From the NCBI GenBank assembly GCA_964016885.1, contig OZ024742.1, positions 321,656,001-321,720,000 on the forward strand: a stretch of DNA of 64,000 nucleotides, given 5' to 3'. This DNA comes from Eledone cirrhosa. Taxonomy: Eukaryota. A model generated the notes under the pieces. The model searched no databases, was not told where the DNA came from, and saw nothing but the letters and a program-made list of their open reading frames with translations. A program made the translations under genes and the position numbers. Below, in pieces: positions 1 through 19,260 of the stretch; position 1 is the first letter of the stretch; every line of letters begins with the position of its first letter.

Positions 1-188
1 CTACTATTACCACCGCCACCACCACCACCACCACCACCACTGCCAATCAGTGTCAAAATATTTGCTACTCAATGGTTTAAATATTAGTCTTTCCCGTGTA
101 AACATCGTTGACTGTTCTTTATTACGACTCAGTTTACTTCAGCCTCGTACTCTGGTTAAACATAATACAGGATATCTCAATAAACTAC

Positions 189-191
189 CAT

Positions 192-275
<84 letters not shown>

Positions 276-294
276 AACTACTACTACTACTACT
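189..294. repeat. (CTA)n microsatellite
   Basis: Direct reading; explains the poly-L and poly-Y ORFs. Confidence 0.95.
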
Positions 295-473
295 ATGGCT
301 CGCCTAAGTCACCTAAATGAAATCTCTCTGATTTTTTTACCCCAACTTTTCAGTCGTAATTTGTTTCTATCATGTTTACGATCGAGGAAAACAACATGTA
401 CAAATTCTGAAGAAACAAATCAAAACAACCTGAGTGACCGCTTTTTTTTTAACACGGGCACGAATGTAAATTA

Positions 474-511
474 GCGCTTGCGGCCCGCCTCGAAAAGGAT
501 GCCTATCCCTG
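474..511. mobile_element. Possible solitary terminus of a hAT (Charlie-like) DNA transposon
   Basis: The reverse complement reads CAGGGATAGGCATCCTTTT...GCGGGCCGC next to TCTAG, resembling Charlie-type TIRs and target sites. No partner end seen. Confidence 0.35.
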
Positions 512-519
512 GTCTAGTC

Positions 520-752
520 GTTAAGGTGTTGGAGTTGCGATCTTAATTTTGATTCCTTTTCATGTTGCTCCAGTACGCTCAGCTGGAAATCAATACCAAC
601 TATAGCTGGGAGTTAACTCCGCGATGGATAGGCGTCCTGTCCATGGGGAGAATCTTGTACTCCCAGTCACTTAACTTAACGCCGATGAAAAATGGGACCG
701 GGGATAAGCCCTCGTCGGAAAGGCCTGATGGCTTGGGACAGAGTTTAACTAT
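520..752 (+). mobile_element. Degenerate SINE-like element
   Basis: Contains GCTCCAGTACGCTCAGCTGG and GCGATGGATAGGCGTCCTGTCCA...CAGTCACTTAACTTA. A shorter related copy lies at ~29950-30042. Confidence 0.45.
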
Positions 753-1107
753 TTTTTTTATATATGTACACTCGAAAAATTAATATATGAGTACCGTAAG
801 TAAATGAATGGTTCGGATGATGGGTGGTTGGATGGATGGGCTGGGGTTGAATTGGTAGGGGATGGATTGGTTGAATGGATGGATAGAGGAATAAATGATG
901 TGATTGATGGTTAGATGGATGGTTGGATGGATGTCAGTCCAGTGGCTGTAGCCCTTTTAGCTACACCAAATAAGCAATATATAAATAAATATATGGTCAT
1001 GGGGTAATATGAGAGATTGAATGGTAAGTCGGGTGATTGGTGGAGATGGGCTCTTTGGAATAGGCTGTATGTCTGTCAGTCATACTCTTTTAATATGATA
1101 AAATAAC

Positions 1108-2300
<1,193 letters not shown>

Positions 2301-2697
2301 CTAATAATAAACAGCAATAAAACGCACATGACATCTATGTATGGTCAGCACTTTATCATTTATCTAGACAATTGGAGCTCGACCGATTGGACGTAATCCC
2401 CTGACATGCTCGTAACACTTTCTTTGGAATCAGAAGGAATTTTGACACGTCGTTCTTTCTGAGCTGCTCTGCTCTTTATGGGGTTTTAAGTATGAAGAGT
2501 GGTAGAACATCTTCCTGTCTGATAGATGTAATGGCTATGGGGCTTAAGTCCTAATGTTAGATGTGGTTGTGTGAGGATGGGGATAGATGGGTGGTAGGTG
2601 GGTCGATGTTGTGGTGTTGGTGGTAGTGATGTTAGTCTTCTGGACTTCTGGCATTTTGGTATTGTTGGTTTTAATGGTTGCAAAGACATACACACGT

Positions 2698-2751
<54 letters not shown>

Positions 2752-2836
2752 ATACATGTATATATACGCGTACATACAAATATTCATATATACACACATA
2801 CATACATACAAACATACATACATATATATAAATATA

Positions 2837-2921
<85 letters not shown>

Positions 2922-2924
<3 letters not shown>

Positions 2925-3111
2925 AGAAAGTATGACCCCGACGGCAGAGCTCAAGCCGTTTCGACGGATTTCTGGACTAAATTGCCGTCGAAACGGCTTG
3001 AGCTCTGCCGTTGGGGTCATACTTTCTCCTATTACCCACTCTACTACCCAAAGTATTGAGTAGTCTGGTGCGTTTTGGTCCATCTGGTTCCTTACCACAA
3101 CTCCTTCGTTA
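2922..3111 (+). mobile_element. Short fold-back element family A in (TA)n, carrying the 3' half of a hammerhead ribozyme
   Basis: ~45-bp inverted arms (GGAGAAAGTATGACCCC...GGGGTCATACTTTCTCC) plus an ~80-bp tail. Other copies at 3124-3272, 33466-33627, 38702-38897 and 42433-42507. Confidence 0.75.
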
Positions 3112-3269
3112 TATATATATATAGGAACGAGTAGGACCCCGACGGCTGAGCTCAAGCCGTTTCGACAGCCGTCGGGGTCCTACTCGTTCCTATTACCCAC
3201 TCTACTACCCTAAGTATTGAGTACTTTGGTGCGTTATGGTCCACCTGGTTCCTTACCACATTTCCTCCG

Positions 3270-3326
<57 letters not shown>

Positions 3327-3433
3327 TAGATAGATAGATAACCCATGCTAGCGTGGAAGATGGACGTTAAACGATGATGATGATGATGATATATATATAC
3401 ATATATACATACATATTATACATACATATATAC

Positions 3434-3464
<31 letters not shown>

Positions 3465-3597
3465 CACACACCACACATTCAGAGAGAGGGAGAGAGAGAG
3501 GGGGGACTGCCCCATAAATGTAGGAAGCCCGCAAAAGAATCTATTGAATATCGAAACTAACATTCAATTGAATTTCTGAGTGTTCTACTGCTACAAC

Positions 3598-4123
<526 letters not shown>

Positions 4124-4198
4124 AAATAAATGTGTGTGGAAAACAGTGGCCAAAAACAAGATGGAGAAGGAGGAGGGGGAGAAGAAGATGATGTTGAT

Positions 4199-4617
4199 GT
4201 CGATGGTGATGATTACAGCCGTGGTTATGATGATGATGGTGACGATGGTGATGATTACAGCCGTGGTTATGATGATGATGGTGACGATGGTGATGATTAC
4301 AGCCGTGGTTATGATGATGATGGTGACGATGGTGATGATTACAGCCGTGGTTATGATGATGATGGTGACGATGGTGATGATTACAGCCGTGGTTATGATG
4401 ATGATGGTGACGATGGTGATGATTACAGCCGTGGTTATGATGATGATGGTGACGATGGTGATGATTACAGCCGTGGTTATGATGATGATGGTGACGATGG
4501 TGATGATTACAGCCGTGGTTATGATGATGATGGTGACGATGGTGATGATTACAGCCGTGGTTATGATGATGATGGTGACGATGGTGATGATTACAGCCGT
4601 GGTTATGATGATGATGA
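4199..4617. repeat. 42-bp minisatellite, ~10 copies
   Basis: Unit GATGATTACAGCCGTGGTTATGATGATGATGGTGACGATGGT. Confidence 0.9.
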
Positions 4618-4988
4618 TAATGCGAAGATGTTGATAATGATGATGATGATGAAGCTAATGGTTATAGTTGTGGTGATGATGATGATGATGACGACGACAT
4701 TGGTAAAGTAAAACAAGAAAGGTGACGAAGTAAGAGGAGGAGGAGGAGGAGGAGGAGGAGGAGGAGGAGGAGGAGGAGGAGGAGGAGGAGGAGGAGGAGA
4801 GATAGAGGGAGAAGTTATTGGTCAAGGAGAGAGAAAGCGGATGGCAACGGAGAAACTGATAAAGTAGGTAAGTGTGTGTTTATGTATGTGTGTTAGTTTG
4901 TGAATGTGTATATGTGTATGAATATCTATATATCTATGTGTGTGCGTGTGAATGTGCATGATTCTGTATGTGTGTGTGCTCCACTCTT

Positions 4989-5038
<50 letters not shown>

Positions 5039-5040
<2 letters not shown>

Positions 5041-5130
5041 GGTTGCCCCAGAACATGTATACACACATTTGTACAGGCAATATTTATTAGAATGCTGTTG
5101 AAGTATGTATACATTTTGGGGGACACCCTG
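5039..5130. mobile_element. ~90-bp MITE with CAGGGTGTCCC..AAAATGTATACAC-like TIRs (Tc1/mariner type), at TA tracts
   Basis: Terminal inverted repeats. Similar copies at ~10035-10106, ~30124-30198 and ~42588-42686. Confidence 0.7.
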
Positions 5131-5198
5131 TTTATGTATATATATATACATATATATATACATATATATATACATATATATATACATATATATATATG

Positions 5199-5229
<31 letters not shown>

Positions 5230-5234
5230 TTGTG

Positions 5235-5299
<65 letters not shown>

Positions 5300-5361
5300 G
5301 TATGTGTATGTATATATGAGGTGTAGTTAAGATGCTACTTTTGATGTGTGTGTGTCTGTGA

Positions 5362-5467
<106 letters not shown>

Positions 5468-6029
5468 ATGTATGTAATGTGTGTAATATATGATGTGTAG
5501 TTACGACGCTACTTTTGATGTGACCGCACATCTTCTATTCTGAGTGGCAGCCATGACAGATACGAGCATTCTCACTACAAACAAGAAAACCATCCCCACT
5601 GCCACCAGACGCCACCATCGCCGTCGTCATCACCATCAACATCAACATCGACATCGTTACTATATCACCTAAGCAATCACAATCGTCATCACGAACTACA
5701 GTACTGACCGCCATAAGTATCACCATGAACACCACAACCACCTCAAGCACCTAACACTGTTACTCACCACCACCACACACACACATCATCACCAAGACCA
5801 ATACCCTACCCCACCGTACCACACCCCACCCCACAATAGCTGCACAGTACCATAGCAATTACAAAGTCTCTAATACTGATAGAAAGTCGCCAACACAAAC
5901 GACCACCACCCTCATAGACAACACCGGGCCAAATACATCGTCACCACGAAAACAACGACGACGACGACCACCACCACCACCACCAACGCTAACACCATCA
6001 TCAGAAACACCACCAACCCCACCACCACC

Positions 6030-9000
6030 ACCATCAACACCACCACAAACGAACACTACCAGCAACCCCACCACCGCCACCATCAACACCACCACAAACG
6101 ACCACTACCAGCAACACCGCCACCGCCACCATCAACACCACCACAAACGACCACTACCACCAACCCCACCACCGCCACCATCAACACCACCACAAACGAC
6201 CACTACCACCAACCCCACCACCGCCACCATCATCACCACTACAAACGACCACTACCACCAACCCCACCACCGCCACCATCAACACCACCACAAACGACCA
6301 CTACCACCAACCCCGCCACCGCCACCATCAACACCACCACAAACGACCACTACCACCAAACCCACCACCGCCACCATCAACACCACCACAAACGACCACT
6401 ACCACCAACCCCGCCACCGCCACCATCAACACCACCACAAACGACAACTACCACCAACCCCACCACCGCCACCATCAACACCACCACAAACGACAACTAC
6501 CACCAACCCCACCACCGCCACCATCAACACCACCACAAACGACCACTACCAGCAACCCCGCCACCGCCACCATCAACACCACCACAAACGACCACTACCA
6601 CCAACCCCGCCACCGCCACCATCAACACCACCACAAACGACCACTACCACCAACCCCGCCACCGCCACCATCAACACCACCACAAACGACCACTACCACC
6701 AACCCCGCCACCGCCACCATCAACACCACCACAAACGACCACTACCAGCAACCCCGCCACCGCCACCATCAACACCACCACAAACGACCACTACCACCAA
6801 CCCCGCCACCGCCACCATCAACACCACCACAAACGACAACTACCACCAACCCCACCACCGCCACCATCAACACCACCACAAACGACAACTACCACCAACC
6901 CCACCACCGCCACCATCAACACCACCACAAACGACCACTACCAGCAACCCCGCCACCGCCACCATCAACACCACCACAAACGACCACTACCACCAACCCC
7001 ACCGCCACCATCAACACCACCACAAACGACCACTACCACCAACACCGCCACCGCCACCATCAACACCACCACAAACGACCACTACCACCAACACCGCCAC
7101 CGCCACCATCAACACCACCACAAACGACCACTACCAGCAACCCCGCCACCGCCACCATCAACACCACCACAAACGACCACTACCACCAACACCGCCACCG
7201 CCACCATCAACACCACCACAAACGACCACTACCACCAACCCCGCCACTGCCACCATCAACACCACCACAAACGACCACTACCACCAACACCGCCACCGCC
7301 ACCATCAACACCACCACAAACGACCACTACCACCAACACCGCCACCGCCACCATCAACACCACCACAAACGACCACTACCACCAACACCGCCACCGCCAC
7401 CATCAACACCACCACAAACGACCACTACCACCAACCCCGCCACCGCCACCAACAACACCACCACAAACGACCACTACCACCAACACCGCCACCGCCACCA
7501 TCAACACCACCACAAACGACCACTACCACCAACACCGCCACCGCCACCATCAACACCACCACAAACGACCACTACCACCAACACCGCCACCGCCACCATC
7601 AACACCACCACAAACGACCACTACCAACAACACCGCCACCGCCACCATCAACACCACCACAAACGACCACTACCACCAACCCCACCGCCACCATCAACAC
7701 CACCACAAACGACCACTACCAACAACACCGCCACCGCCACCATCAACACCACCACAAACGACCACTACCACCAACACCGCCACCGCCACCATCAACACCA
7801 CCACCAACATCACCACCACCAACACCGCCACCGCCACCATCAACACCACCACAAACGACCACTACCACCAACACCGCCACCGCCACCATCAACACCACCA
7901 CCAACATCACCACCACCAACACCGCCACCGCCACCATCAACACCACCACAAACGACCACTACCACCAACACCGCCACCGCCACCATCAACACCACCACAA
8001 ACGACCACTACCACCAACCCCACCACCGCCACCATCAACACCACCACAAACGACCACTACCACCAACCCCACCACCGCCACCATCAACACCACCACAAAC
8101 GACCACTACCACCAACCCCACCACCGCCACCATCAACACCACCACAAACGACCACTACCACCAACCCCACCACCGCCACCATCAACACCACCACAAACGA
8201 CCACTACCAGCAACCCCGCCACCGCCACCATCAACACCACCACAAACGACCACTACCAGCAACCCCGCCACCGCCACCATCAACACCACCACAAACGACC
8301 ACTACCACCAACCCCGCCGCCACCATCAACACCACCACAAACGACCACTACCACCAACCCCGCCACCGCCACCATCAACACCACCACAAACGACCACTAC
8401 CACCAACACCGCCACCGCCACCATCAACACCACCACAAACGACCACTACCACCAACCCCGCCGCCACCATCAACACCACCACAAACGACCACTACCAGCA
8501 ACCCCACCACCGCCACCATCAACACCACCACAAACGACCACTACCACCAACCCCGCCACCGCCACCATCAACACCACCACAAACGACCACTACCACCAAC
8601 ACCGCCACCGCCACCATCAACACCACCACAAACGACCACTACCACCAACCCCGCCACCGCCACCATCAACACCACCACAAACGACCACTACCATCAACAC
8701 CACCACAAACGACCACTACCACCAACCCCAACACCGCCACCATCAACACCACCACAAACGACCACTACCACCAACCCCGCCACCGCCACCATCAACACCA
8801 CCACAAACGACCACTACCACCAACCCCGCCACCGCCACCATCAACACCACCACAAACGACCACTACCAGCAACCCCGCCACCGCCACCATCAACACCACC
8901 ACAAACGACCACTACCACCAACCCCAACACCGCCACCATCAACACCACCACAAACGACCACTACCAGCAACCCCGCCACCGCCACCATCAACACCACCAC

Positions 9001-9095
9001 AAACGACCACTACCACCAACGCCGCCACCGCCACCATCAACACCACCACAAACGACCACTACCACCAACCCCAACTCCGCCACCGCCACCACCAA
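6030..9095. repeat. 49-bp C/A-rich minisatellite, ~60 copies
   Basis: Unit ACACCACCACAAACGACCACTACCACCAACCCCGCCACCGCCACCATCA; AAACG recurs at 6096 and 6145. Confidence 0.95.
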
Positions 9096-9272
9096 CAATA
9101 TCCTCGTAAACCACTCTCACCGCCGCCGCCATGACGTGAAGGTAATATCTCTCAAAATGAACTCCGCCCAACAATATTTTGGCAGTTGTAAGCTGTTTAT
9201 ACCGGGATGTGACGGATATAGTATACAAACATCTGTAGATATATATAAACAGATGAAAGGGAGAGGAATATT

Positions 9273-9426
<154 letters not shown>

Positions 9427-9502
9427 GCGCGCGTGTGTGTTTGTATTGTGTGCGCAGGTCATGAAATTTTGTTTAGTATGGCTGGTTTTATATACATATA
9501 TC

Positions 9503-9537
<35 letters not shown>

Positions 9538-9592
9538 GTGTGTTTGTTTGTGTATGTGTGTGTGCCTGTATGTGTGTGTATTCTGCTAGAGA

Positions 9593-9636
<44 letters not shown>

Positions 9637-9692
9637 TCTCTCTCACAGAACACACACACATACAGGCACACACACATACACACACACATACT

Positions 9693-9732
<40 letters not shown>

Positions 9733-9789
9733 AATATATATATATAACTGTAAAAATTGCCTCCTGAGTTTTGTTTGTTCATTTTTCAA

Positions 9790-9874
<85 letters not shown>

Positions 9875-10103
9875 TGTTTGTGTGTAATTAAGGATAGTTT
9901 CCAGGAGAGTATCGAGATATAACCACAGTTAAATAACATACTTAATATGTTAAAGAATAAGAATATTCAAATATTCATTATATCAGACTGTTTCATATGA
10001 CTGAAATTGTTATAGTCCTGTAGAAGTCAAAAATGTCCCCCCAAAATGTATACAGACGTTGACTAGAAGTCTTTTGAAGTCAGTATACATTTTTTGGAAC
10101 ACC

Positions 10104-10176
<73 letters not shown>

Positions 10177-10279
10177 CTGTGTGTGTGTGGGGGGGGGGGG
10201 GCAATCATAGCGCAATCATTCCTTGGGTGCGAATTTGATTCCAACTATACATCTTTCTATCTGTCTATATTCCTATATG

Positions 10280-10310
<31 letters not shown>

Positions 10311-10713
10311 ATACATATCCACCGACCGTCACCAACATCTCACCATCACATCCACCCCCATATACGCTACAGGCCAGTACATCCCCTTGATCCTTCCCAC
10401 CAATCAAAACAACTCATTTTGTCAAACTCTTGAAACTCTGACTTTACCACATAGCATGTATTTCATTTTCTTATAGCATTTTAAGAGGGTCCGTCGAGCT
10501 GGCGATTATTGAGTCGGGTAGGATCGATATAGATCGAACCTTGCGCTGATCAGTGTCGAACGCGCGTCACCATAAATTCAATGAAGGAATAATCAATCGT
10601 CCTTGTTATCCTTTCAATACACTCTGTATAGCTCTACACCTCATCACAGAAGTGAACCTAAACATCGAGTGCTCTGCCGGGTGAACCTGCAGTAACTCCT
10701 AGTTACACCCCCT

Positions 10714-10766
<53 letters not shown>

Positions 10767-10891
10767 ATATTATATTTAATTAGAAAGTAAACAACACAAT
10801 ACAACTACTCCATTAGTGGAGTAGTTGATTAAATAGCTCTGTATTATACATAGAGCACTCTTTTTTCCTTTACTGTTTCTTCGGAAATACT

Positions 10892-10961
<70 letters not shown>

Positions 10962-11868
10962 GTATATATAGAGAGAGAGGGGTGAGAGTGAGAGAGAGAG
11001 TTAGATGGATAGAGAGATAGATAAATGAATGTCTACGTGTGCGGGTGTTTGTGCCCGTGTATGTGTTTACGTTTTTGCCTGTCAGTGTTTATCTCCTGTA
11101 GTTTAGCAGTTCAACAAAAAGTGGTACATAGGAGAGAGTGTAGGTAAACACTAAAAGTACAAAAATTTCAGTGCTACATGAACACACCAGACTATAACAT
11201 GATGGTAAAATAGACAACAGAAGTTAAAATATCTAAACATAGGAATAACTCGGCACTTAAATAAATTAGGGAGGTTACAGAAATAGAATTAAGAAAACCT
11301 AGGTTGAACAGAAAACATGAATGGAATAACAACAGCCATACACAAACTCACACTAGTGATCAAATATAGAATATAAATATACACAGATGCAATAACAACA
11401 TCCACACACTAGTAACCAAAAATAGAATATAAACACATAAACACACGCAGACTCAGAGACGAACACACGAGCTTCCACCAAACAGAATACACGCACACAA
11501 GGATGCGCCAACAGAGACAACAACAAAAAAACGAACGTTATAGAAACACAACGGGAAGAAATCATTAAAGATGTCACAAAAACAAAAATATGTGTGATGA
11601 AAGAAGTTTGAGAACATTTGAGAAATTATATTTATATTCATAACTTTAACTGTTGGTCAATCAATGATAAACATTGGTTGCCAGAGAAATTATTTATAAG
11701 AATATAAAGATATACTGAACTAAAGCGAAGACCAAACCAAACCAAACAGTGCGTGTGTTTTATTATTATTTTTGCCAATATTAGGACAACATGACCCCCC
11801 CCCCCCCGCCAAATATAACAATATCTGTTTGAACACACGATTTTATATCAAAAACCTTGCAAAACAAC

Positions 11869-11964
<96 letters not shown>

Positions 11965-12242
11965 CTTCACAGTTTCCATCCACCGACCAAAGATTTTCTT
12001 TCACAACAAAAACACATTGGCCAACCGGAGGGTAGACACAGAAATCGTTTACATTAAAAGATATGGTGCTCCTGCATGGCCTTGACTTTCGCCGTGATAG
12101 CTTTTAACGAATTAACCTGAAGAACACAAGAATTCAAGAATTGGTTAATTGATGAAGATGGTGGGAAATTTTTTTAAAATTCTCTATTCAATAGACTATA
12201 ATATATGTAATGATTGTCTTGAGTTGTTTAGTTATATATACG

Positions 12243-12856
<614 letters not shown>

Positions 12857-13064
12857 TTTATTTAGGTTTGTTGGTTCACCACTGGATAGAATTGGTCATT
12901 CTGTATGGTCAATCTTGATGTAATATTATGGAGAGTACTCAACGTAATGCAGTTCACCCGTCTTCGTTTGTGTAGTTAGCGGTGCTAATACGGAGTTAAT
13001 TATTATAAATAAAATAACAGGAGGCTGGACTGACCAGTTCTGCCTCCTGTTATTTTATTTATAA

Positions 13065-14054
<990 letters not shown>

Positions 14055-14505
14055 AAGATTGTAATATTTTTAATAAAACCTGCGGTTATAAGTTGTTTGT
14101 TTCATAGCTTTATTTACTTAACAATAAACACCACCACACCTCGTATAATTCTGTTCTTAGCTATATTGTGTACGTACGTACGTATAATGCATGTATATTT
14201 GTATTTGCACGTTGCTTAATGCATCATTAGGTTTATGAAAGTAAATTATTAATTACAAGAAGAGGACAGAGCGTTTGAGAGTTAACGATCAGAACAGCCA
14301 TTGCGATGATATATATAGAAATATATATAGAGAGAGATAGTAAAAAAAAAGTCAAGATGAGACAGTGATAGTCTAGAAATTATGGATCTAGGAAATGTTT
14401 GTACCAAATGAGCTGCAAATAAATTATAAAAATATGTAAGAAAATGTAATTTAAAAGTTTTAAATTCGACTATTTGTCTAAAAGGACGACTGTTCCTTAT
14501 ATATA

Positions 14506-14665
<160 letters not shown>

Positions 14666-14853
14666 GATAACAAGTTATCGTTGTAGGTAATCCACTTAGA
14701 GGTAGTCCAGATCAACGAAACAATTGTCAGCACTGTGAATAAAGCCCTTATTGTACAGCCAACCGTGTTACACTTATGTCTTGAATTTTATATATATATA
14801 TATATATATAGTAATAATAAGAAATGTAAAGACTAAAATCCGAAGATTTATTT

Positions 14854-14904
14854 AGTTTCAGAAGATCCCGTTAAGGGTGAAAGTAGCGATTCTTTGCTTT
14901 AACT
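14854..14904 (+). ncRNA. Hammerhead-like fold with CAGAAGA core variant (family C)
   Basis: AGUUU-CAGAAGA-UCCC GUUAA GGGU-GAAA...UGCUU-UAACU. Other copies at 54606-54656 (-) and 54746-54796 (+). Confidence 0.5.
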
Positions 14905-14920
14905 TTAATCTGTTATTTTA

Positions 14921-14970
<50 letters not shown>

Positions 14971-14979
14971 ATAAATCCT

Positions 14980-15720
14980 AACATCTGCTGTACATTCTTT
15001 CATGGTCCTTAGTTCTTGGTGAAACTCTCCTTGTTCTTCGCTTAGGTTACAGAGGCTATCTGAAAAATGATCTAAATGACCATGGCGGTAATGCCATGAT
15101 TCTCTTTTTCATCTGATTCTCTTTTGACAGTTAAGTTACAAAAAGAAGAAAGCATATTCTCCACAAGTTCACCATAATTATCAGACTTATAGTTTCAAAG
15201 GAAATTTTTCACAGTCACACAATAAGATGGCTATGAACGTGCCTCAATGTTGTCCATTTAAGCATGGAAACGCTTGCCTTCCATGAGGCACTATATTTGC
15301 AGTCAATTGATAATACATGCCTTCAGCTTTTCTATGGTTAACCCAGGAAATTTTCTACATATATAAAGCGTTTATAAAGTGTTTCATCAAACCTGGTTTG
15401 ATATGCTGTGATGGTAATATCAGCATTTATCTGTCAACCAAATGACAATATTTTTTCCAACCATCATGTTTTCTCTCAGAAGTCAATATCTTGTTCAGCT
15501 TTAGTTCTATTATCCCAAAGATATATTAGGTGCACTGATCAAGGATAAAGTTTGTCATCCTCAGATTCACACAGACCCCTCAATGGCGGTCTCGGTATGA
15601 TGTCTTTTTTAGAGCATTAATGAACGTAAGCAGAGTAAGTGGGTATATACTGATATAGACTCAGCTATGTTGTACATTCTGATGAGATACCTGTTCCATC
15701 ATCCAACCATCTCCCAGAGT
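14980..15720 (-). pseudogene. Decayed DDE transposase, Chapaev3/CMC-like
   Basis: Minus-strand fragments translate to LWDNRTK, ILPSQHIKPGLMKHFINAL, KFPGLTIEKLKA and HGHLDHFSDSLCNLSEEQGE-FHQELRTM. These match the PLHIKLGLMK and HLDFFP..SDEQGERFHQ motifs. Many stops and frameshifts. Confidence 0.6.
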
Positions 15721-15960
15721 TACCCCAAGAAGATAATAAATCAGTTACTGACAAAGAAAGCATATCTGGTTGAAGAGATTTTGAATGACTGTCATCAGTT
15801 GAAGAAGTCAACAGGAAGTCAACACGAATTCAACAGGAACAACAAGCATAAAGGACTAAAATCTTTCGAATAAATTGTCATAATTGTTAGTTTAAAGAGC
15901 TAGGAGAAAAAGCATTACTGTTATTATCTATCTATGTATGTCTGTCTATCTGTCTATCTG

Positions 15961-16980
<1,020 letters not shown>

Positions 16981-17010
16981 CTATCTATTTATCTATCTAT
17001 CTATCTACTA

Positions 17011-17460
17011 ACCTGGCCTGGCAGTGCTACCGAGGAGCTCTACCCGCTCGAGACAAGCTATACAGACACGGGCACCCGAGCAGGGATCCCTCGAAAAAGA
17101 TCTGTCCGAGATGCGTTCGGGACGAGGAAACCCTCGCGCACGCATTCGTACACTGCCCAAGCGTTACCGACCTGTGGAGCTATGCAGAAGGACTACTGTC
17201 ACGGGTGGGACAAATCCGGTTGACCACCGAGTCCATTATTGCGATCAAACCGCCACCTTCCTTCAAAAACGAAGGAGAGGCGGTTTTCCTCTGTGTAATG
17301 GCTATGGTGAAAGAGGCTATATGGTAGACGAGACTGAAAGGGCTGAGGTCAGACACCTTTCTCTCCGGCGAACAACTGGTTCGCTTCTTCAAATGTGGCA
17401 AGGATGGACCGAGTGGTTGGGCCTTGTCTCTATATAAACTTGTGGCAAATAAAGAAATAT
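17011..17460 (+). mobile_element. Second truncated, internally deleted L1/Tx1-like copy
   Basis: LAWQCYRGALPARDKL...CPRC; ends CTTGTGGCAAATAAAGAAAT then TATC. Confidence 0.85.
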
Positions 17461-17754
17461 ATCTATCTACCAACCTACCTATCTAACATTCTAGCTAGCT
17501 AGGTACTTATCTATCTATTTATCTACGTATCTATCTACCTATCTCTTTCTCTATATATATATTTATATATCTGTCTGTCTACTTGTCTGCTTGTGTGCCT
17601 GTCTGTCTGCTTGCCTGTCAATTTAACTGCCTATAGCTATCTATTTATGTATAAGAACAGCAACAATAATAACAAGTACGAATCCCAGCAGCAGTCCGGA
17701 ATAGATAGAAAAACGTCATCGTAAATTCATAGATGTTTGATAATGATTATAGAT

Positions 17755-17938
17755 GGATTGGTAGTATCGGTAGAGAGTCAGACGCCATGCTTTGACGCAT
17801 AGACTTACGGCCCTTGCCACTCTGAGTTCAAATCCCGCGGAGGTTAACTTTGCCTTTCATCCTTACGGGGTCGATAAAATAAAGTACCAGTAATGCACTG
17901 AAATTGGTGGCCGTGTGCCAAAAGTAGAAACAATTATA
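17755..17938 (+). mobile_element. tRNA-derived SINE (B-box GAGTTCAAATCC plus CCTTTCATCCTTACGGGGTCGATAAAATAAAGTACCAG core)
   Basis: Other copies at ~31780-31885 (+), ~46215-46365 (-), ~46388-46565 (-), ~49257-49382 (+), ~51575-51700 and ~57360-57460 (-). Confidence 0.75.
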
Positions 17939-18175
17939 GTTTATATAGGAGAAAATTATTGTAACTGATTTAAATGTTTGTAAAATGAAATACTGTGAAA
18001 GCTGGAATGACAAAATGAAACTCTAGGTTTCAATCACCTTTTCATAGAATGTTGTAATCAGAAAAATTATTAAGTTCAATATTTTGCTATAAACCACATA
18101 CTTTTTGACATGTTCTATACTAGTGTACATATGTATGTGTGTGTACGAAACTTTCTCTTTATACAGATATATATG

Positions 18176-18306
<131 letters not shown>

Positions 18307-18344
18307 GAGAATAAACGTGGTGCGTGGTTGCTAATGGGTTACAT

Positions 18345-19260
18345 ATGAATAAAGTTAGTCCTTCATCAGTGATCTTCCAACCATCATTGGTATTTCATCG
18401 CTTTAAAGACCATATACGTCCGGTTGGTGCGAGCAACGGCTAAAAAAAGTCGTTGGGACACGTAAATAAAGGGGACACGAGTGTAAACAAACAAAGATGG
18501 TGAAGCAACGAAAAGTGAGGAAGAAGGAGTCAAGTCCCAAATTTCTATGAATTTAAATTCGGTGAAATCGTGAACGAGAGAGAATAAAGACCATCAAACC
18601 TGGTTGGAATGTGAGCAAGGAAGGAATTCCGTACAGGTCTAACGGGAGGAAGAAGGGATCTAGTCTGTGATATTTACACATATTTTTTTCCCCGCTGTGA
18701 CACGTCTATTTCGTTCTTACTGCTTCCTCTTTCTCTGTATCTTTACCCTCTCTAGCAGTCACTCTCTCTGTTAGTCTCTTCCTCACCCTTCACTCACTCA
18801 TTCTCTGTTACTACCTCTCCTCCTCCTCCTTCTTCCCGTTTGACCTGTGCGTAATTCTTTTCTTTCGCACCCTTGGTCTGGCAGGTCGCTTTTTTTCTCT
18901 CTCTCGTCTACGATTTCACAGAACTTACGTTCACCGAATTCACAGACTAGATCCCTTCTTCCTCCCGTTAGACCTGTACGGAATTCCTTCCCTGCTCACA
19001 TTCCAACCAGGTTTGATGGTCTTTATTCTCTCTCGTTCACGATTTCACCGAATTTAAATTCATAGAAATTTGGGACTTGACTCCTTCTTCCTCACTTTTC
19101 GTTGCTTCACCATCTTTGTTTGTTTACACTCGTGTCCCCTTTATTTACGTGTCCCAACGACTTTTTTTAGCCGTTGCTCGCACCAACCAGAGGTATATGG
19201 TCTTTAAAGCGATGAAATACCAATGATGGTTGGAAGATCACTGATGAAGGAGTAACTTTA

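Noticed and set aside
4130-4711. Asp-rich repeat protein (DDYSRGYDDDGDDG)n resembling a biomineral protein
   Set aside because: Identical 42-bp DNA units with no synonymous variation, no signal peptide and microsatellite flanks fit a minisatellite better.
6030-9095. Possible CRISPR-like array or mucin exon
   Set aside because: No unique spacers and a eukaryotic context; the 49-bp unit is not a multiple of three.
10480-10580. GTCGAACGCGCGTC resembling a minimal HHR 3' half
   Set aside because: It lacks a full GAAA and has no recognisable CUGANGA core or stem I.
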